A DNA stretch of 64,000 nucleotides from Octopus vulgaris (lineage: Eukaryota). The position numbers and the translations under genes are program-made. The notes under the pieces are model-generated. The model had not been told where the DNA came from. It saw only the letters and a list, made by a program, of their open reading frames with translations, and searched no databases. Location: contig OX597814.1 of assembly GCA_951406725.2 (NCBI GenBank), forward strand, positions 134,168,001 to 134,232,000, read 5' to 3'. This document shows positions 1 to 13,632 of this stretch, piece by piece (positions within the stretch are counted from its first letter, which is position 1; the number at the start of each line of letters is the position of its first letter).

Positions 1-83
1 AACAATCTCCAATTCTCAAGGGTTCCACTTTAAAATATTGAGTAATCAGTTTCCATGTTGGATAAGACTACATGGGATTATAC

Positions 84-133
<50 letters not shown>

Positions 134-138
<5 letters not shown>

Positions 139-1168
139 ACAAACCCAACAACCCTGGCCGCCCCATCGTCTCCGCCTGTAACTGCCCCACGGAGCTCATC
201 TCTAAATACCTCGACCGTGTCCTTGCCCCCCTAGTGGCATCTCTTCCCTCCCACATCCACGATACCAACCATGCTCTCCGGCTTTTCAACTCTTTCTCCT
301 TTCCTCCCGGCTCCTCCAAAATCATTTTACTATGGACATCCAAAGCCTCTATACTGTTATCCCTCACCACGAAGGACTGCAGGCCCTTCGACACTTTCTT
401 GACCTCCGCTCTAACCCTGTACCTGACACCTCCACACTCATTCGTCTGGCCGAACTTGTCCTTACTCTGAACTGCTTCTCGTTCGCGGGCGAGTTCTACC
501 ATCAGGTCTCGGGAGTGGCCATGGGAACGCGAATGGGCCCCAACTATGCGAACCTGTTCGTTGGCTATGTTGAGGCCCAAATATTCTCTAATTTCACTGG
601 TCCCACTCCTGAACTATATGGTCGTTACATTGACGACATTATCGGTGCCACCTCACTCTCCCGTGAACATCTAGATTCCTTCCTCTCTTTCGTCCAATCT
701 TTCCATCCAGCCCTCCACTTCACTTCCACTATCTCCAACACCTCTGTCTCCTTCCTCGACATTTCGGTTAGCATTCTTCACTCCACTCTTACCACCTCCA
801 TTCACTACAAACACACAGACTCACACTCATACCTCAACTTCTCTTCCTCCCACCCAGAACACACCAAGCTTTCCATCCCCTATTCCCAATTCCTCCGTCT
901 ACGTAGGCTCTGTAGTGACGACCATGACTTTGAGACTCAGTCTCAACGTATGGCTCACCACTTCACCCTACGTGGATACCCCCTCACCACTATCCACACC
1001 GCCCTTGCCAGAGCACGGTCCGTGGACCGTGTATCTGCTCTCTCTCCCCGAACCCGCTCTGTAGTCTCCCGCCTCCCTTTTCCCCTCACTTACCACCCCA
1101 CGACCCTACGTCTCCAACGCACCATTCTTCGAGCTTTCCGTCATCTCCAACACCACCCGCCTCACTAG
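134..1168 (+). pseudogene. PLE reverse transcriptase, 5'-truncated, frameshift near 325-332
   Basis: ORFs 72..470 (N-terminal part) and 332..1168 join into one PLE RT including thumb motifs YKHTDSHSYL and IPYSQFLRLRRLCS. Confidence 0.9.
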
Positions 1169-1199
1169 CACCCACCATCGACCCTATCCCATCATCCAC

Positions 1200-1493
1200 T
1201 CCTTCACCTGCACCTCCAGCAATATTATCTATTGCGTCTCTTGCTCTCTCTGCAATTCCTTGTACATCGGACAAACGGGACGCCGCTTGGCTGACCGGTT
1301 CGCGGAACACCTTCGTGACATCCACCTTGCGAACGACACACCGGTCTCACGCCATTTCCGCTCCACCGGTCACTCCTTGCAACACCTATCTGTGTTCGGT
1401 TTGTCCTTACACAGAGGCCATCCGGATTCCCGTTTGCGCCGTGAACAGGAATTAATCTTCTCTCTTCGCTCTTATACGCCATTTGGTCTCAAC
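1200..1493 (+). pseudogene. PLE GIY-YIG endonuclease domain, out of frame with RT after apparent linker deletion
   Basis: Translation SFTCTSSNIIYCVSCSLCNSLYIGQTG...RREQELIFSLRSYTPFGLN. Confidence 0.88.
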
Positions 1494-2165
1494 TCTCCCC
1501 CCTCCTCACCTATCCTTCCCCCCGACCCCTACTTCTTCAGTCCTTCATCCTTTCACCCCTACTCCCCTTCCCTTCTTCCCTCTTTCTCCCTCCCTCCTTC
1601 CCTCTTCCCCTTCCCTCTGCTCCCTCACTCCCCTTCTCTCTCCCCCTCTCCCTCTTTCCTCCTTCCTCCCCCTCCTCCTCCCCTTCTTCTCCCCTCCTCT
1701 CCTCTTCCCCCTCTTCTCCCCCTCTTCTTCCCCTCCCCCTCTCCCCCTCTTCTCCCCCTCCCCTCTTCTCCTCACTACACCACACGACTTTACACATCAC
1801 ATCATATATGATGTGCCATACTAATACATACACCAACTAATACATACTAATACGTACTAATACATACTAATACATACTAATACATACACCAACCCTATAC
1901 ATACACACGTCCAGACCTCTCATACGCACTTATACTCTCTCATACACACACACACACACTTATACATACTAATACGTACTAATACATACTAATACATACT
2001 AATACATACACCAACCCCATACATACGCACGTCCAGACCTATCCTACGCACTAATACTCTCTCACACACACACACACACACACACCCTTATACATACTAA
2101 TACATACTAATACATACACCAACCCTATACATACACACGTCCAGACCCCTCCTACGCACTAATAG
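1494..2165 (+). repeat. Polypyrimidine tract (1494-1775) followed by a ~110-120 bp minisatellite (3 units) built on TACATACTAA
   Basis: CGTCCAGACC recurs near 1908, 2030 and 2138; repeated TACATACTAA. Confidence 0.9.
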
Positions 2166-2332
2166 CTGGTCATTCAACCCTATTATCAACCCTATTATCT
2201 CCCCTTATTTCGCTCTCGCGTCTCATGTTTGATCTTTGACCTCTGGCCGAAATCAGATCGCCATGTTGATTCGTTAGTTACTGCACGCATTTTTTTCTCT
2301 CCTTCTTTCTGTGTTTTTTTTCTCTCTGTGTA

Positions 2333-2370
2333 TCTTTCTGTTGAAGAGCGTAGGCTCGAAACGTTAAAGA
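2333..2370 (+). ncRNA. Minimal type I hammerhead ribozyme in PLE 3' region, with core substitution CUGUUGA
   Basis: TCTTT-CTGTTGA-A-GAGC(GTAG)GCTC-GAA-ACGT-T-AAAGA: stem I TCTTT/AAAGA, stem II GAGC/GCTC, palindromic stem III ACGT. Confidence 0.75.
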
Positions 2371-2469
2371 CTTGTTTTATTTATATTTCCTGAGCGCCAT
2401 ACTAATACAATTGTTTGTTTGTTTTCCACCTGCCTTCGTCTTTTGTCTATTTTCATAAAGCTTCCCGTT

Positions 2470-2534
<65 letters not shown>

Positions 2535-2536
<2 letters not shown>

Positions 2537-2705
2537 CGCAGGAGTGGCTGTGTGATAAGTAGCTTGTTTACCAACCACATGGTTCCGGGTTCAGTCCCAC
2601 CGCGTGGCATCTTGGGCAAGTGTCTTCTGCTATAGCCCCGGGCCGACCAATGCCTTGTGAGTGGATTTGGTAGACAGAAACTGAAAGAAGCCTGTCGTAT
2701 ATATG

Positions 2706-2738
<33 letters not shown>

Positions 2739-2958
2739 ATGTGTGTGTTTGTGTGTCTGTGTTTGTCCCCCTAGCATTGCTTGACAACCGATGCTGGTGT
2801 GTTTACGTCACCGTCACTTAGCGGTTCGGCAAAAGAGACCGATAGAATAAGTACTGGGCTTACAAAGAATAAGTCCCAGGGTCGATTTGCTCGACTAAAG
2901 GCGGTGCTCCAGCATGGCCGCAGTCAAAATGACTGAAACAAGTAAAAAGAAAAAAGAA
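2535..2958 (+). mobile_element. tRNA-derived SINE family A (CORE-like block, internal microsatellite)
   Basis: A-box-like TGGCTGTGTGA, B-box GGTTCAGTCCC, CORE-like CTTGGGCAAGT, tail GCTCCAGCATGGCCGCAGTCAAAATGACTGAAAC; multiple copies in the window. Confidence 0.85.
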
Positions 2959-2963
2959 GAGAT

Positions 2964-3350
2964 AGGAGTGGCTTTGTGGTAAGTAGCTTGCTTACCAACC
3001 ACATGGTTCCGGGTTCATTCCCACTGCGTGGTACCTTGGACAAATGCCTTCTACTATAGCCTCGGGCCGACCAAAGCCTTGTGAGTGGATTTGGTAAACG
3101 GAAACTGAAAGAATCCCGTCGTATATATGTATATATATGTATGTATATGTTTGTGTGTATGTGTTTGTCCCCCGAACATCGCTTGACAACCGATGGTGGT
3201 GTGTTTACGCCCCCGTAACTTAGCGGTTCGGCAAAAGAGACCGATGGAATAAGTACTAGGCTTCCAAAGAATAGGTCCTGGGTCAATTTGCTCGATCAAA
3301 AGGCTGTGCTCCAGCATGGCCGCAGTCAAATGACTGAAATGAGTAAAAGA
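2964..3350 (+). mobile_element. SINE family A, second copy in tandem
   Basis: Colinear with 2535-2958. Confidence 0.85.
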
Positions 3351-3375
3351 TTAAAAAAGTAAATATATATATATA

Positions 3376-3429
<54 letters not shown>

Positions 3430-3439
3430 AACTATAACT

Positions 3440-3790
3440 GACACTCCGTCGATAACGACGACGAGGGTTCCACTTTGATCCAATCAACGGGACAACCTGC
3501 TCGTGAAATTAACGTGGAAGTAACTGACCACTCCACAAACACGCGTATCCTTAACGTAGTTCTCGGAGAGATTTAGCATGACATTGAATGTAACAAAGTC
3601 AGCTCTTTGAACTACAGACACAACTCATTTTTGCCAACTGAGTGGAGTGAAGCAACATGAAATAAAGCAACGTGAAATAAAGTGCTTTTCTGAAGGACAC
3701 AACCGCGCACCGCCAGAAGTCGAACACATGACATTACGATACCCTAGCCACTAAGCCATACACTAAGCCGCATACCCTAACCACTAAGCA
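3440..3790 (-). mobile_element. tRNA-derived SINE family D
   Basis: Colinear with 19768-20062 (CACTCCGTCG...CCTGCTCGTGAAATTAACGTG...AACGTGAAATAAAGTG). Confidence 0.75.
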
Positions 3791-6112
3791 CCCCCACACA
3801 CACACACACACACATATATATATGATTTTTACGTACATGCGTATATATCACAGTAATGTTCGTTTGTGTATGTTATGAGTTTCTTCCACCATCTACTTTA
3901 TCTTGTCACCGTTTATGGAAAGAGAAGAGAGGCACAATATTTATTGCTAGTATCTCAGAGACATTTTTGTTCAACATTTTTGCTCTACAGTTGTTAATTT
4001 TTCGATTGCCAAAAAATAAATTACATATTTCTACAGAGATAAAAGAAAATTAAAAGAAATTAAAACTGTGCAATGAATCTTTTCCACAACTTTGACACTT
4101 TCCCCATATTGATGGTAAGATTCTGCAAATGAAACTATCTAAAGCTAGGGGAAATTGGACGGAAGTCGATATTTTATGGTGATAAGAAAGCCCCTCTAAA
4201 TTATTATGAATGAAGGCATGCGTACATATGCTTGCTTTCTAAAATTCGATGACCAGAGTATCAAACTCGTTATAAAATGTCAAAAACTTCGTTTTTAAAA
4301 TTAATCTGAATACATTTGCATATCTTTAATCAAAGGCTGTTCATCTGAAATTTTAAAATTATCTTTGGATATTCACAATCCAGACTGCCTCATAAGCCAC
4401 ATTACTAAACCAGTTCAAACGCATTATGTGTGTGCATGTGTGATTACGTGTGTGCGTGTGCGTATGTACGTTTGTGTTTGCGTGTGTGTGTGTGTGCATG
4501 TGTGTTTACGTGTGTGCGTGTGCGTATGTACGTTTGTGTTTGCGTGTGTGTGTGTGTGTGTGTGTATGTGCGCATGTGTGTTTATGTGTGTGCGTGTGCG
4601 TATGTACGTGTGTGTGTGTGTGTGTGTTATCTGGTAGTAACTGAGTGAAATGAGTATTGCTGACATTCAACTCCGATTAATTATTAATTTAGATCCCAGA
4701 GTGAATTGATAACAATTAGAAATCTTAAAATACAAATGCATATCAACACTATGTAGTCCCATACTACAAAGTCCCTTGCTTGGTTCTGAGTGTTATATGA
4801 TTATGTGAATGTACATGTGTGAGTATGCGTGGGTGCATGATTGATGACACACACATATAGGTACTCTATCGATTTTCCGGCAACTAATGATTTAGTAACT
4901 CTTTTAATCTGGACATAATTATATGACAACACTAAAATTTCTGATGACCATCATTAATAACTTTTAGTTGTCAGTCCTTAACGACACGCTTTTATTTACC
5001 TACTAATAACAAATTATGAAGCCAGAAATACTCTCCCTTCATGTAATTATAATGATATAAACATGCAAAAGCTTATATGCCACGCGCTAACCGACTAAGG
5101 ATTCCACTCTTGACGAAGAATGAATTAATAACTTCACTGTAGAGAATGCAATGTCCCAGGATAAAAGAGGGAAAATTAAATATATGCCCGTCAAAGTTGC
5201 GTTTTAAGACAGGGCCTGTGGGAGGCTAATGGTTAGAAAGTGAACGTGTGGTATTGAATTTTGTGTTAAATATTTATAGCCCCATGTCATTGTTATAGAA
5301 ATATTGAAAGAATGCTTACAACTTTTTAACGTTTCTGGTGAATAAGTAAAGGTATTTTTTGAAGGCTTAGTAGTAAAGAGATTATTAATAGCATGACAGT
5401 AGGCTTCTGGGAATTACTGCCATGTACTTTCTTATAACTTAACAAAAGAAATAATCCTGCACACGGATCCGAGATAAAGGAAGCTGGAAAACTGGTAGTG
5501 TACCAAGGTACCTCTTCTACCAGTCTACTCCCTAATATATATTTTATCGAACCCGAATGACTAAAGAGTAAAGTTAACCTCTACGATATTTGAACTCAAT
5601 TCACAGGAACCTACAAAAGATCCTTCAAGACATTTTGTCGTACACGATAAAAGGTCAACCATTGTCTTCCACTTTTGTTTTTATTTACTGTTTAGTCAGG
5701 GATGGTGGAATCGATAGAAGCGTCAGATGAGAAGTCTGACAGTTATTGTTTTATTTCCTCGTTCTGAGTTTAAATTCCGCCTCAACTTTAACAGTCCTTC
5801 CAACAGCCAGAATTAACCAGTTAACTTCTGGACCACAAGTGATGATGAAAGCAGTAATGTATACAAGAGGATTGTGATCGTCTGCCGCTGCAGCAGTTGC
5901 ACGATGATGATGCATACGCCTTATATATATATTACGTTTATATATTTGTTTTGCAAGATTTTTTATGTGAAATCGTGTGTTGAAACAGATATTGTTGTAT
6001 TTAGGAATGGTCATTTTGCCAGTTTAGCCAATAAAAACACACGCACTATATATTTGGTGTTACTTTGCTTCAGCGTTATTTATTTTTTACATTAATCTTA
6101 ATCTTATTTCGG

Positions 6113-6152
6113 CCAGAGTTCTTTCGTCACACTCCTGTGACCTCATCAGTGG
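6113..6152 (-). ncRNA. Minimal type I hammerhead ribozyme in an ORF-less insert (~5945-6385)
   Basis: Minus strand CCA-CTGATGA-G-GTCAC(AGGAGT)GTGAC-GAA-AGAACT-C-TGG; intact core, 5-bp stem II, 3-bp stem I. Confidence 0.78.
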
Positions 6153-6401
6153 TCCTTTGCTTTCTTCTTTCTTATTTGTGTGTCTCTCCTTACTAACGGT
6201 CAGCCATTTTATATTTTGTATTTCTATTGTATGTGTCTTCATTTGCGCATGCGTATACCTCTATGTGTGTCTATGTTTAGTTAGTGGGGGGAGTGCCTGT
6301 AATATTTGTATCTCTTGTTTATATACGTTCGTGTAATTTGTTTTTGTCTTTGTTTTATTTTTATTTTGTTCATGTGTTTACACCTAATTATTATTATTAT
6401 T

Positions 6402-6456
<55 letters not shown>

Positions 6457-6583
6457 TGGTCATAAAGTGGCCAATGGTTTCACATCCATGAAGCGCTAGG
6501 CCTTACAGACTCAATGGAGGTAAAAAAAACCGTCACAATCAGTTAATATGTAAGTTTCGAAATAGGCGCAAGAGTAGATCATA

Positions 6584-7000
6584 GGTGCAGAAGTGGCTGT
6601 AAGATAAGAAGCTTGCTCCCCAACCACATGATTCCGGGTTCAGTCCCACTGCGTGGCACCTTGGGCAAGTGTCCTTCATTATAGCCTCGGATCGTGAGTG
6701 GATTTGGTAGACGGAAACTAAAAGAAGCCCGTTGTATATGTATATGTGTGTGTGTGTATGAATGTATGTATGTATGTATGTATGTATGTATATGTTTGTG
6801 TGTCTCTGTTTGCCCCCCACCAGCCATTGCTTGTTGTGTTTACGTCTCCGTAACTTAGCGCTCAGTAACAGTCTCCAATAGAATAAGTACTAGGCTTTAA
6901 AAAATAAGTCCTGGTGTCGATTTGCTCGACTAAAGGTGGTGCTCCAGCATGGCCGCAGTCATGAAACAAGTAAAAAAAAGACTGAAACAAGTTAAAAAAG
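6584..7000 (+). mobile_element. SINE family A
   Basis: Same head, CORE-like block and tail as 2535-2958. Confidence 0.85.
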
Positions 7001-7499
7001 AAGCAAACAAACAAACAAAAATATTTTTTTAAATATCCATAGACATTGTTCCTCTATCCAAGGAAAAGGGGTGGATTCTTAAGCAATGGGAAAGTATTTT
7101 GTTATCTATAAGATAATCATGTTGGAATTATTTTTCTCACGGCTTTTGATAGATGCCAATCCTTTTCAAAAATTCAGTAATAATAATGATATTCCTAACA
7201 TAGAGATAAGACCAAAAATTTAAGAGGCTATGGTTATTCGATTGTGTTGACCCCAGTACTTTACTACTTTATTTTATCCACCCTAGACGGATGAGAAACA
7301 AACTTCGTGAGATTTGAACCCTCTCCTATCAGCTATTCCCATACAATTCCTACGTGCGTCATGAATGTAATTTCAATTATTCACTAACAATAATTACGAG
7401 GAAATGTTCCTAGGAATGTATCTAAATGTCTAAAGAAATCCAGTACTCACTTCCTTCCCTATCATACACTGCCATCAGTCTGAAGTTGCCTTCATCACT

Positions 7500-9320
7500 C
7501 TCTGTTCACATCCAGGACCAGCGACTTATCAACTGGGTTTAGGAAGAACATATTAATCTCCAAAACAGCAGCGTACTGCCACTTGATCCGAGATGACCGA
7601 TAGAGGAGTAACCCTCATAATCGGCCAGTATATTTCGGAAACTTTGGCCTTTTCATGACTACTAGGCCTTGTGCATTGGTGTCAACCATTCTTTATTAAG
7701 AGTTACTTGTCTTACTAATCGTTTTGGTGGGGCCCTTGAAAGAGTCCTTCAACAACCTCAAGTCCTGGATATTTTTAACGCTCCCACGTTTTGTGTAAAT
7801 CGTTTTCTGAGGAATTTATACATTCGTCGAATTGCTTTCACAAGGGGTCTATTTTTAATATCATCATCAAAAACCTTGCTTATTATAAACATTTTGTTCT
7901 CGTCTGCTTCAACAATGTCATCAACTCCACTTTTTCAGTTTGGCAAATGATGTAGCTGAGGGGTTCGTCTCACCTGTAGATTGTTGTTATTGTGAGTGTG
8001 GTTCCAGCTTTTCTGGTTGCTACCGTTGTTATTATCATGGTATTGTTTTTGGCATTTGTTGTTATTACTGCTGTGATCATTGAGATTGTTGTTCTTGTAA
8101 CTATTATTGCTGTTGTTTTGGTATATTACTCGTTTACATACGTTTATGTTTGGTCACATCTTTTTTACTTGTTTTTTTGTTTTTATTGTTGTTGTTTTGC
8201 ATTGCTGATCCTTTGAGTTGTTCTGGTTGTTCGGTTCGCTTGTTTTCCTTTAGTCGCTCCTCTTTTCCTCTGATGTTCGCTCCAATTTGCCATTTTTGAG
8301 CACTAACTGATGGAAGACTGGAATATTTTCATTATTCAAGAGATCGGAGGATAATAGTGTTATGACTGTGCTTTCAGATACTTCCTCCTGTTTTTGTAGC
8401 AGTTAAGACGCATTCTTCATAGTGTCTTTTTTTTTTAATTCCTGTAGTAGAAACTTATGCTATAGCTACTGCTCTTATGGTTGTTGTAGTCAACGGGTGG
8501 TGCTCCGCTCTCATCTTCTCCGCGATGAGGAATAACTCTGTGAGGCGGTTTGCATTACCATAAATGTAAAAGTTTGCTTTTTTTTGCCCTCGATGAGCAC
8601 CTGCATTTTTCCATACACTTCGAGGTAAAAAATAATCAGGTGTGTCAGGAAGATCCTCTGGTGCAACCAACAGTTGAAATTCCAGTTACATTTCAGCTTT
8701 GCTTTGCTAGGGTAGACTGAGGTCCTATAAAGTCTCTATATTCTTCTTCTAGTACCATCACTGTGGCCTGGTCCCTTTGATGCAGCACATTAGTAACGCT
8801 ATCTTTGGTTATCCAATGTCCCATACACAGTAGGATCATAATAAAAACTTGTAATGTGCATGTATTTGTGGCCACAGTATTTGAGTTTCCTACCCGCTAC
8901 TGCAGATGGCCCCCACTGTCTCGTGTTACTTCCCTCTGGATACGTAAACTTCGAAGCGTACACTATCGATATACGTAATTTCTTTTACTGGCTCTGCCTT
9001 TCCCTTGATCATGTGGGTAGTTCATTATTTCGTTGAACGCACAAAAGTTATGATCTTCTTTGTTGTAGTGTCGTTATTTCTATTTTTTGTTCACTTTTTT
9101 AACTTCTGTTGTCCTTGTTGATGTTGTTATTGTTGCTGTCATCATCGTCTGCATTATTGTCGTTGCTGTTGCCGCTGACTTTGCTTTGGTTGCTACAATA
9201 ATTCTTGCTTCATGCAGTAGCGTCAATGTAGCAGTAGAAAATGGTGTAGCAGTGACGTCAAAGACTGTCGTTGCCATGGCGTTCACAACGCTATTCTTGT
9301 TCTCAAGCCAAAGCTATGGA
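7500..9320 (-). mobile_element. Decayed unclassified retroelement-like region (possible ORF1 remnant with AAC-rich low complexity)
   Basis: Broken minus-strand ORFs 8455..8670 and 8693..8875; AAC-rich tracts; partial similarity to 10860-11400. Confidence 0.3.
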
Positions 9321-12300
9321 ATGCTTTCCTTCATTCTTAGACTTACCTGTGACTTCTCTCTCAACTCACTCCAGTATGAATATTATCTGGATTTATTACT
9401 GCAAAGTATTTAATAATATACTACACTCTAAGCTGCTAAATACCCTCCCCATAAATAAAGCAGTTACAACACTAAAACCGTACATCAACCTTAACGTATC
9501 AAAAACAAACAAGCATGTCATTAACAAGTAAAAAGAAGAAAATGAAATCATATTCTACATGCACAGAAAAGTTAATCTTCCAAAATAACCTCTCTCCTCC
9601 TTTGCCTAGCTCCGACCCCACAAACGAAATTGCTAAATATTCATGATTTCTAAATACTTACAGGAAACTCAGTGCAAAACCTATTAAAATTTGTCTCAAA
9701 ATAGGGTCAAGACAAAAGTGTGGTAATTTTTTACTAAAATACTAAACACTTAACTGACTGTTAGAAATAGAGAAATAGGTAATAAATACACTAGCCATTT
9801 CATAATTAAACTATTTCCAACATAATAAACTGGAAGGACGCGAGTAAGACTGTGAAAACACTATGAGTAATACATGGAGTATTAGGTATGATATAAAAAA
9901 TAAACATGAACAAAACCATAAAAAAATTATGTAAGGACTCACAATTCTACAGGCATTCAACAAAATAGCCTGTTATTTGCAACCTATATCCTACACAAGA
10001 TAGTCCTTTCAATGATATAACTCGAACAAAACATACTAGTTGCACATAACGCATACTCTCTACGACCATGATCCAATAACAATTCATATCCCATGCAACA
10101 CCACTCAGTAACACGACTCGAGGACAGCATAGTCATCGGAATAACCACCAAATATAACAGAAGCCACACAGCATATACGGCATATACTCAATACTCAAGA
10201 AAATAATACAACACATCCTCCGACTTAACCGATGCCTGTCACTATATCATCAACCAACACAACTGTTGCCCGTTAGTATAACAATTCAAAACAAAGAATG
10301 GCCCAGAAAGGAGATAGAAGCAGGAGCCAATCAAGGTACACCACAGATCCCCGATTACGTTTATTGCCACAGGACAGTACCCTATCCTAGCTGTCATCTC
10401 CGGTCTATAGGGACATGTTCAGAGTAGGTCCATTCACTTGTACATATACCTTTCACTTGTACATATACCTTTATTTACCTTCCAGGAAAGTTACTGGAGG
10501 ACGGAAACTCCTTCTACACACTTAACTTCTTTTCTGAGTTATAATTTGGAAATATTGATGGGGCTTGGCAGAAGAGGGAAGCGTCTACCCTCAGGCCTTA
10601 CAGTCATGTCTAGAATGCTTGTCTGCGAATGAGTTCGAGCCTATTTTTAAAGACAAACTTCACTTTTATCATGCTCAGCATTATAAAAGCGAGGTTTGTG
10701 AGTGCTTGCCACGATGTGCGAAATTGATGATACGATAAATTTTAGTGTTGATGCATCTGTAAGTTATATATCATCTACAATGTCAAGCTTTCCTGCTGAT
10801 ACAAATAAAAATATCTATCTACCTTCCTTCTTTACGACATTCCTGACTATCAGAAGTACTCACTGCCTATACGTGTAAGTGTACTGTCGAAAGCAATTTT
10901 TGTTATATTCAGTAGTGCTTGTAGTTGCGGTTATGTTATCGATGTTCATGTTGCAAGTACGAAAGTATTTTATTTGGGAATTCTTTGTTGAAGTTAAATA
11001 AACTCCGGTTAGTCTCATCTTTTTCATTTCTGCTTTCGCTGTTTTTGCAGCTGTTGATGACAATGCTGTCATTACTGTTGTTATTAATGTTGTTATTGCT
11101 GTTGTTGCTTTTATTACTGTACTGGTGTAGTTGTGGATGATTTTGTTGTTATTACTGTTGTTTCTGTAATTACTGCTGTTTCCGTTGTTGTTACTGTAAC
11201 TGTTGTTTTTATAATTGGTGTTGAAAATGTCTTCCTCTGTATCTTTTTTAGAGTTAGAACACCGGTTTCTTAACCAAAACCACAATTATTTTGACTCTCG
11301 CTTACGTTTTACTTCTACGTTTTTTAATTGCTTCACTTGCACTGCTCCATTCCTTTAGTATGTTTTCTCGAAGATTATTAAATTGTTTTCCCTCTTCAAA
11401 TTTGGGCGTTAAAAGTCGTTCAAGTACAAATCTAAATTTTAAAAACATGAATTAGACCCACAAAGACTCAACTGCTTCTCTCCCATATCAATTGCACAAA
11501 AAATATTAACTATTAAAACTTCAGGTAACTTGACTGTGAAAATTATGAGAGCTAGAGCTGAAGGTGACTTCTAGGTATGACAACAATAGTAATATTCAAG
11601 AATAACGGAGAAATCTGCTTATTAATTAGTTGGAATTATGGAACTTTTACTTAGAGAAAGCAATTATTAAATTTTCCATTGTCTCGAAAAAATGTTTAAT
11701 TCCAATTTTAATATATTTTTACCAAAATGCAATTTCCAAATTTCTTTTCAACAAAACGATTAATTTTAATTCGCTCCCGGCGTTTTATTAAATCTGAAAA
11801 TGCAAGGCAGTAAGACTGCTTCTAATGCTTCACTGTCTTGCTGCCTTCTCACTCTCTTTCCATCTCTTCTTAGTTTGTGTAATTCCGATAGTTAATTCCT
11901 TTGCTGAAACCACCACTATTCGTTTTATCGCAGCTCATATGACAAGCAGGAATAAAAAAAAATATCCTTTCCCATCACTGTATATCAATAGTTGTGCGTT
12001 CATATAGTTTAGATTATTAATACATTTTAGTATTAATACAGTCGACGGAAAAGAAATAGGAAACAAAAGTGAGTGTTTTAATATGAATTCTTTTCCAGTA
12101 CAACTCTTAACATTTTTATGATGCCTTAAAAAAATCACTTTAAACATCAGAGATTCTGAGCCTGCAATTTTGTTTATATAACATTTTCTTTTAACAACAA
12201 ACTAGCGATCGAAATATATATTATACAAAACAAAATATATTAATAAACATACACTTTAAATGCAAACGAAATACATCAATATACAAAACAAAATATGTTC

Positions 12301-12338
12301 ATACACATATGTGTGTGTGCGAGAGAGAGAGAGAGAGA

Positions 12339-12644
12339 GGCGCAATGGCCCAGTGGTTAGGGTAGCGGACTCGCGGTCGTAGGATCGCGGTTTCGATTCC
12401 CAGACCGGATGTTGTGAGTGTTTATTGAGCGAAAACACGTAAAGCTCCACGAGGCTCCGGCAGGGGGTGGTGGCGATCCCTGCTGTACTCTTTCGTCACA
12501 ACTTTCTCTCACTCTTTTTTCTGTTGGCCGACTCGCTTACCCACCAGGGTGGCATCACTTGATGGCTAAAACAATGCGAAGCGCATTGTGACCAGCGATG
12601 TGTAGCAACATGTGATAGCCTGGTCGGTTACGTGATTACGTGAT
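12339..12644 (+). mobile_element. tRNA-derived SINE family B
   Basis: Head GGCGCAATGGCCCAGTGGTTAG...GGTTTCGATTCCC (A and B boxes); tail TACGTGAT repeat; lies between (GA)n and (TA)n. Confidence 0.8.
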
Positions 12645-12781
12645 ATATATATATATATATAGTTGTTTGTCCTGTTTTCCATTTGTGTCTTTCGTTGTTC
12701 GAAAAAATAGTTCATATTCCATATACTCGTACTTCGTATTTTATGTTGTACACGTTTCGTGACGTTCTGTGCCCACATATG

Positions 12782-12841
<60 letters not shown>

Positions 12842-13551
12842 TAGATAGATATAGATATAGATATATAACAAGAAGGGCTGTTAAGCCGAATGAGATAAAA
12901 AATCTTTACGAACGCTATTTTTTTGAGAACGGCGAGGGAGCAACAGATGTGCCGTCTCTACTTGAAGGTAGCCAGGAGTAGAAAGAAAGTAGTAGCCTTC
13001 TCATCACGTGTCCGCATCGGGAGGGAGGAGGAGGAGTAAGAGAAAGGGAGAGAAAAAAAAGGAATGGTTGTAGAGAAAAGAATGAAGAATGAGAGAGAGA
13101 GAGGGAGAGACAGTAAGGTAGAAGAAAAGAAAAGCCAAAAGAATGAAGGCTGAGAAAGGGAGGGGAGAGAAAGGTTAAGAGTGCGCATCATTATTAATAT
13201 TATGAGCAATCTTACTTAGAAATGGATGCGTGCGTTCCGTCATATAATAAATTAATAAATAAATAAAACATATGCATATATACATACATATATGTACGTA
13301 CCGACCTCTACATGTATATAAACATGCATATATGGGTACAGGACACCCAAAAAACGTCGAGTACAATGAGAAACGAAAACATAAACACAAAACCAAGGAA
13401 AATGACATTTTTCTTAAACAACGAAAAAATAGAGTATAGGACATACAAAACAAGGAAAATTCCCCTTCTTCAGTCGCCTTTGTTTCATCTACTCCACGTT
13501 TCGAAGGTCAAGGCGATACATGATTTTAATGAAACTTTCCTTCCCGCGAAA

Positions 13552-13632
<81 letters not shown>

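Larger units (their letters stand above)
134..2470 (+). mobile_element. Penelope-like element (PLE), 5'-truncated, relatively young; RT + GIY-YIG + 3' region with hammerhead
   Basis: RT motifs HKPNNPGRPIVS, MDIQSLYTVIPH, GVAMGTRMGPNYANLF, RYIDD; GIY-YIG motif IYCVSCSLCNSLYIGQTGRRLADRFAEH...FGLN; bounded by (TA)n at 86-133 and 2474-2534. Confidence 0.93.

Noticed and set aside
1494-1836. Pro/Leu/Ser-rich and Gly/Glu/Arg-rich ORFs, including the C-terminal extension of ORF 1260..1811
   Set aside because: Stop-free polypyrimidine low complexity, with no domain evidence.
4365-4666. ORFs with YIYI, CVCV or THTH runs here and throughout the window
   Set aside because: Translations of dinucleotide and tetranucleotide microsatellites.
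12339-12420. tRNA-like sequences here and at 20195 and 21500
   Set aside because: They are SINE heads; no complete cloverleaf with acceptor stem, and they run on into SINE bodies.
12950-13010. Possible minus-strand hammerhead (GTGATGA-GAAGG...CCTTC-AAGT)
   Set aside because: Both core halves are altered and no stem I or stem III can be formed.
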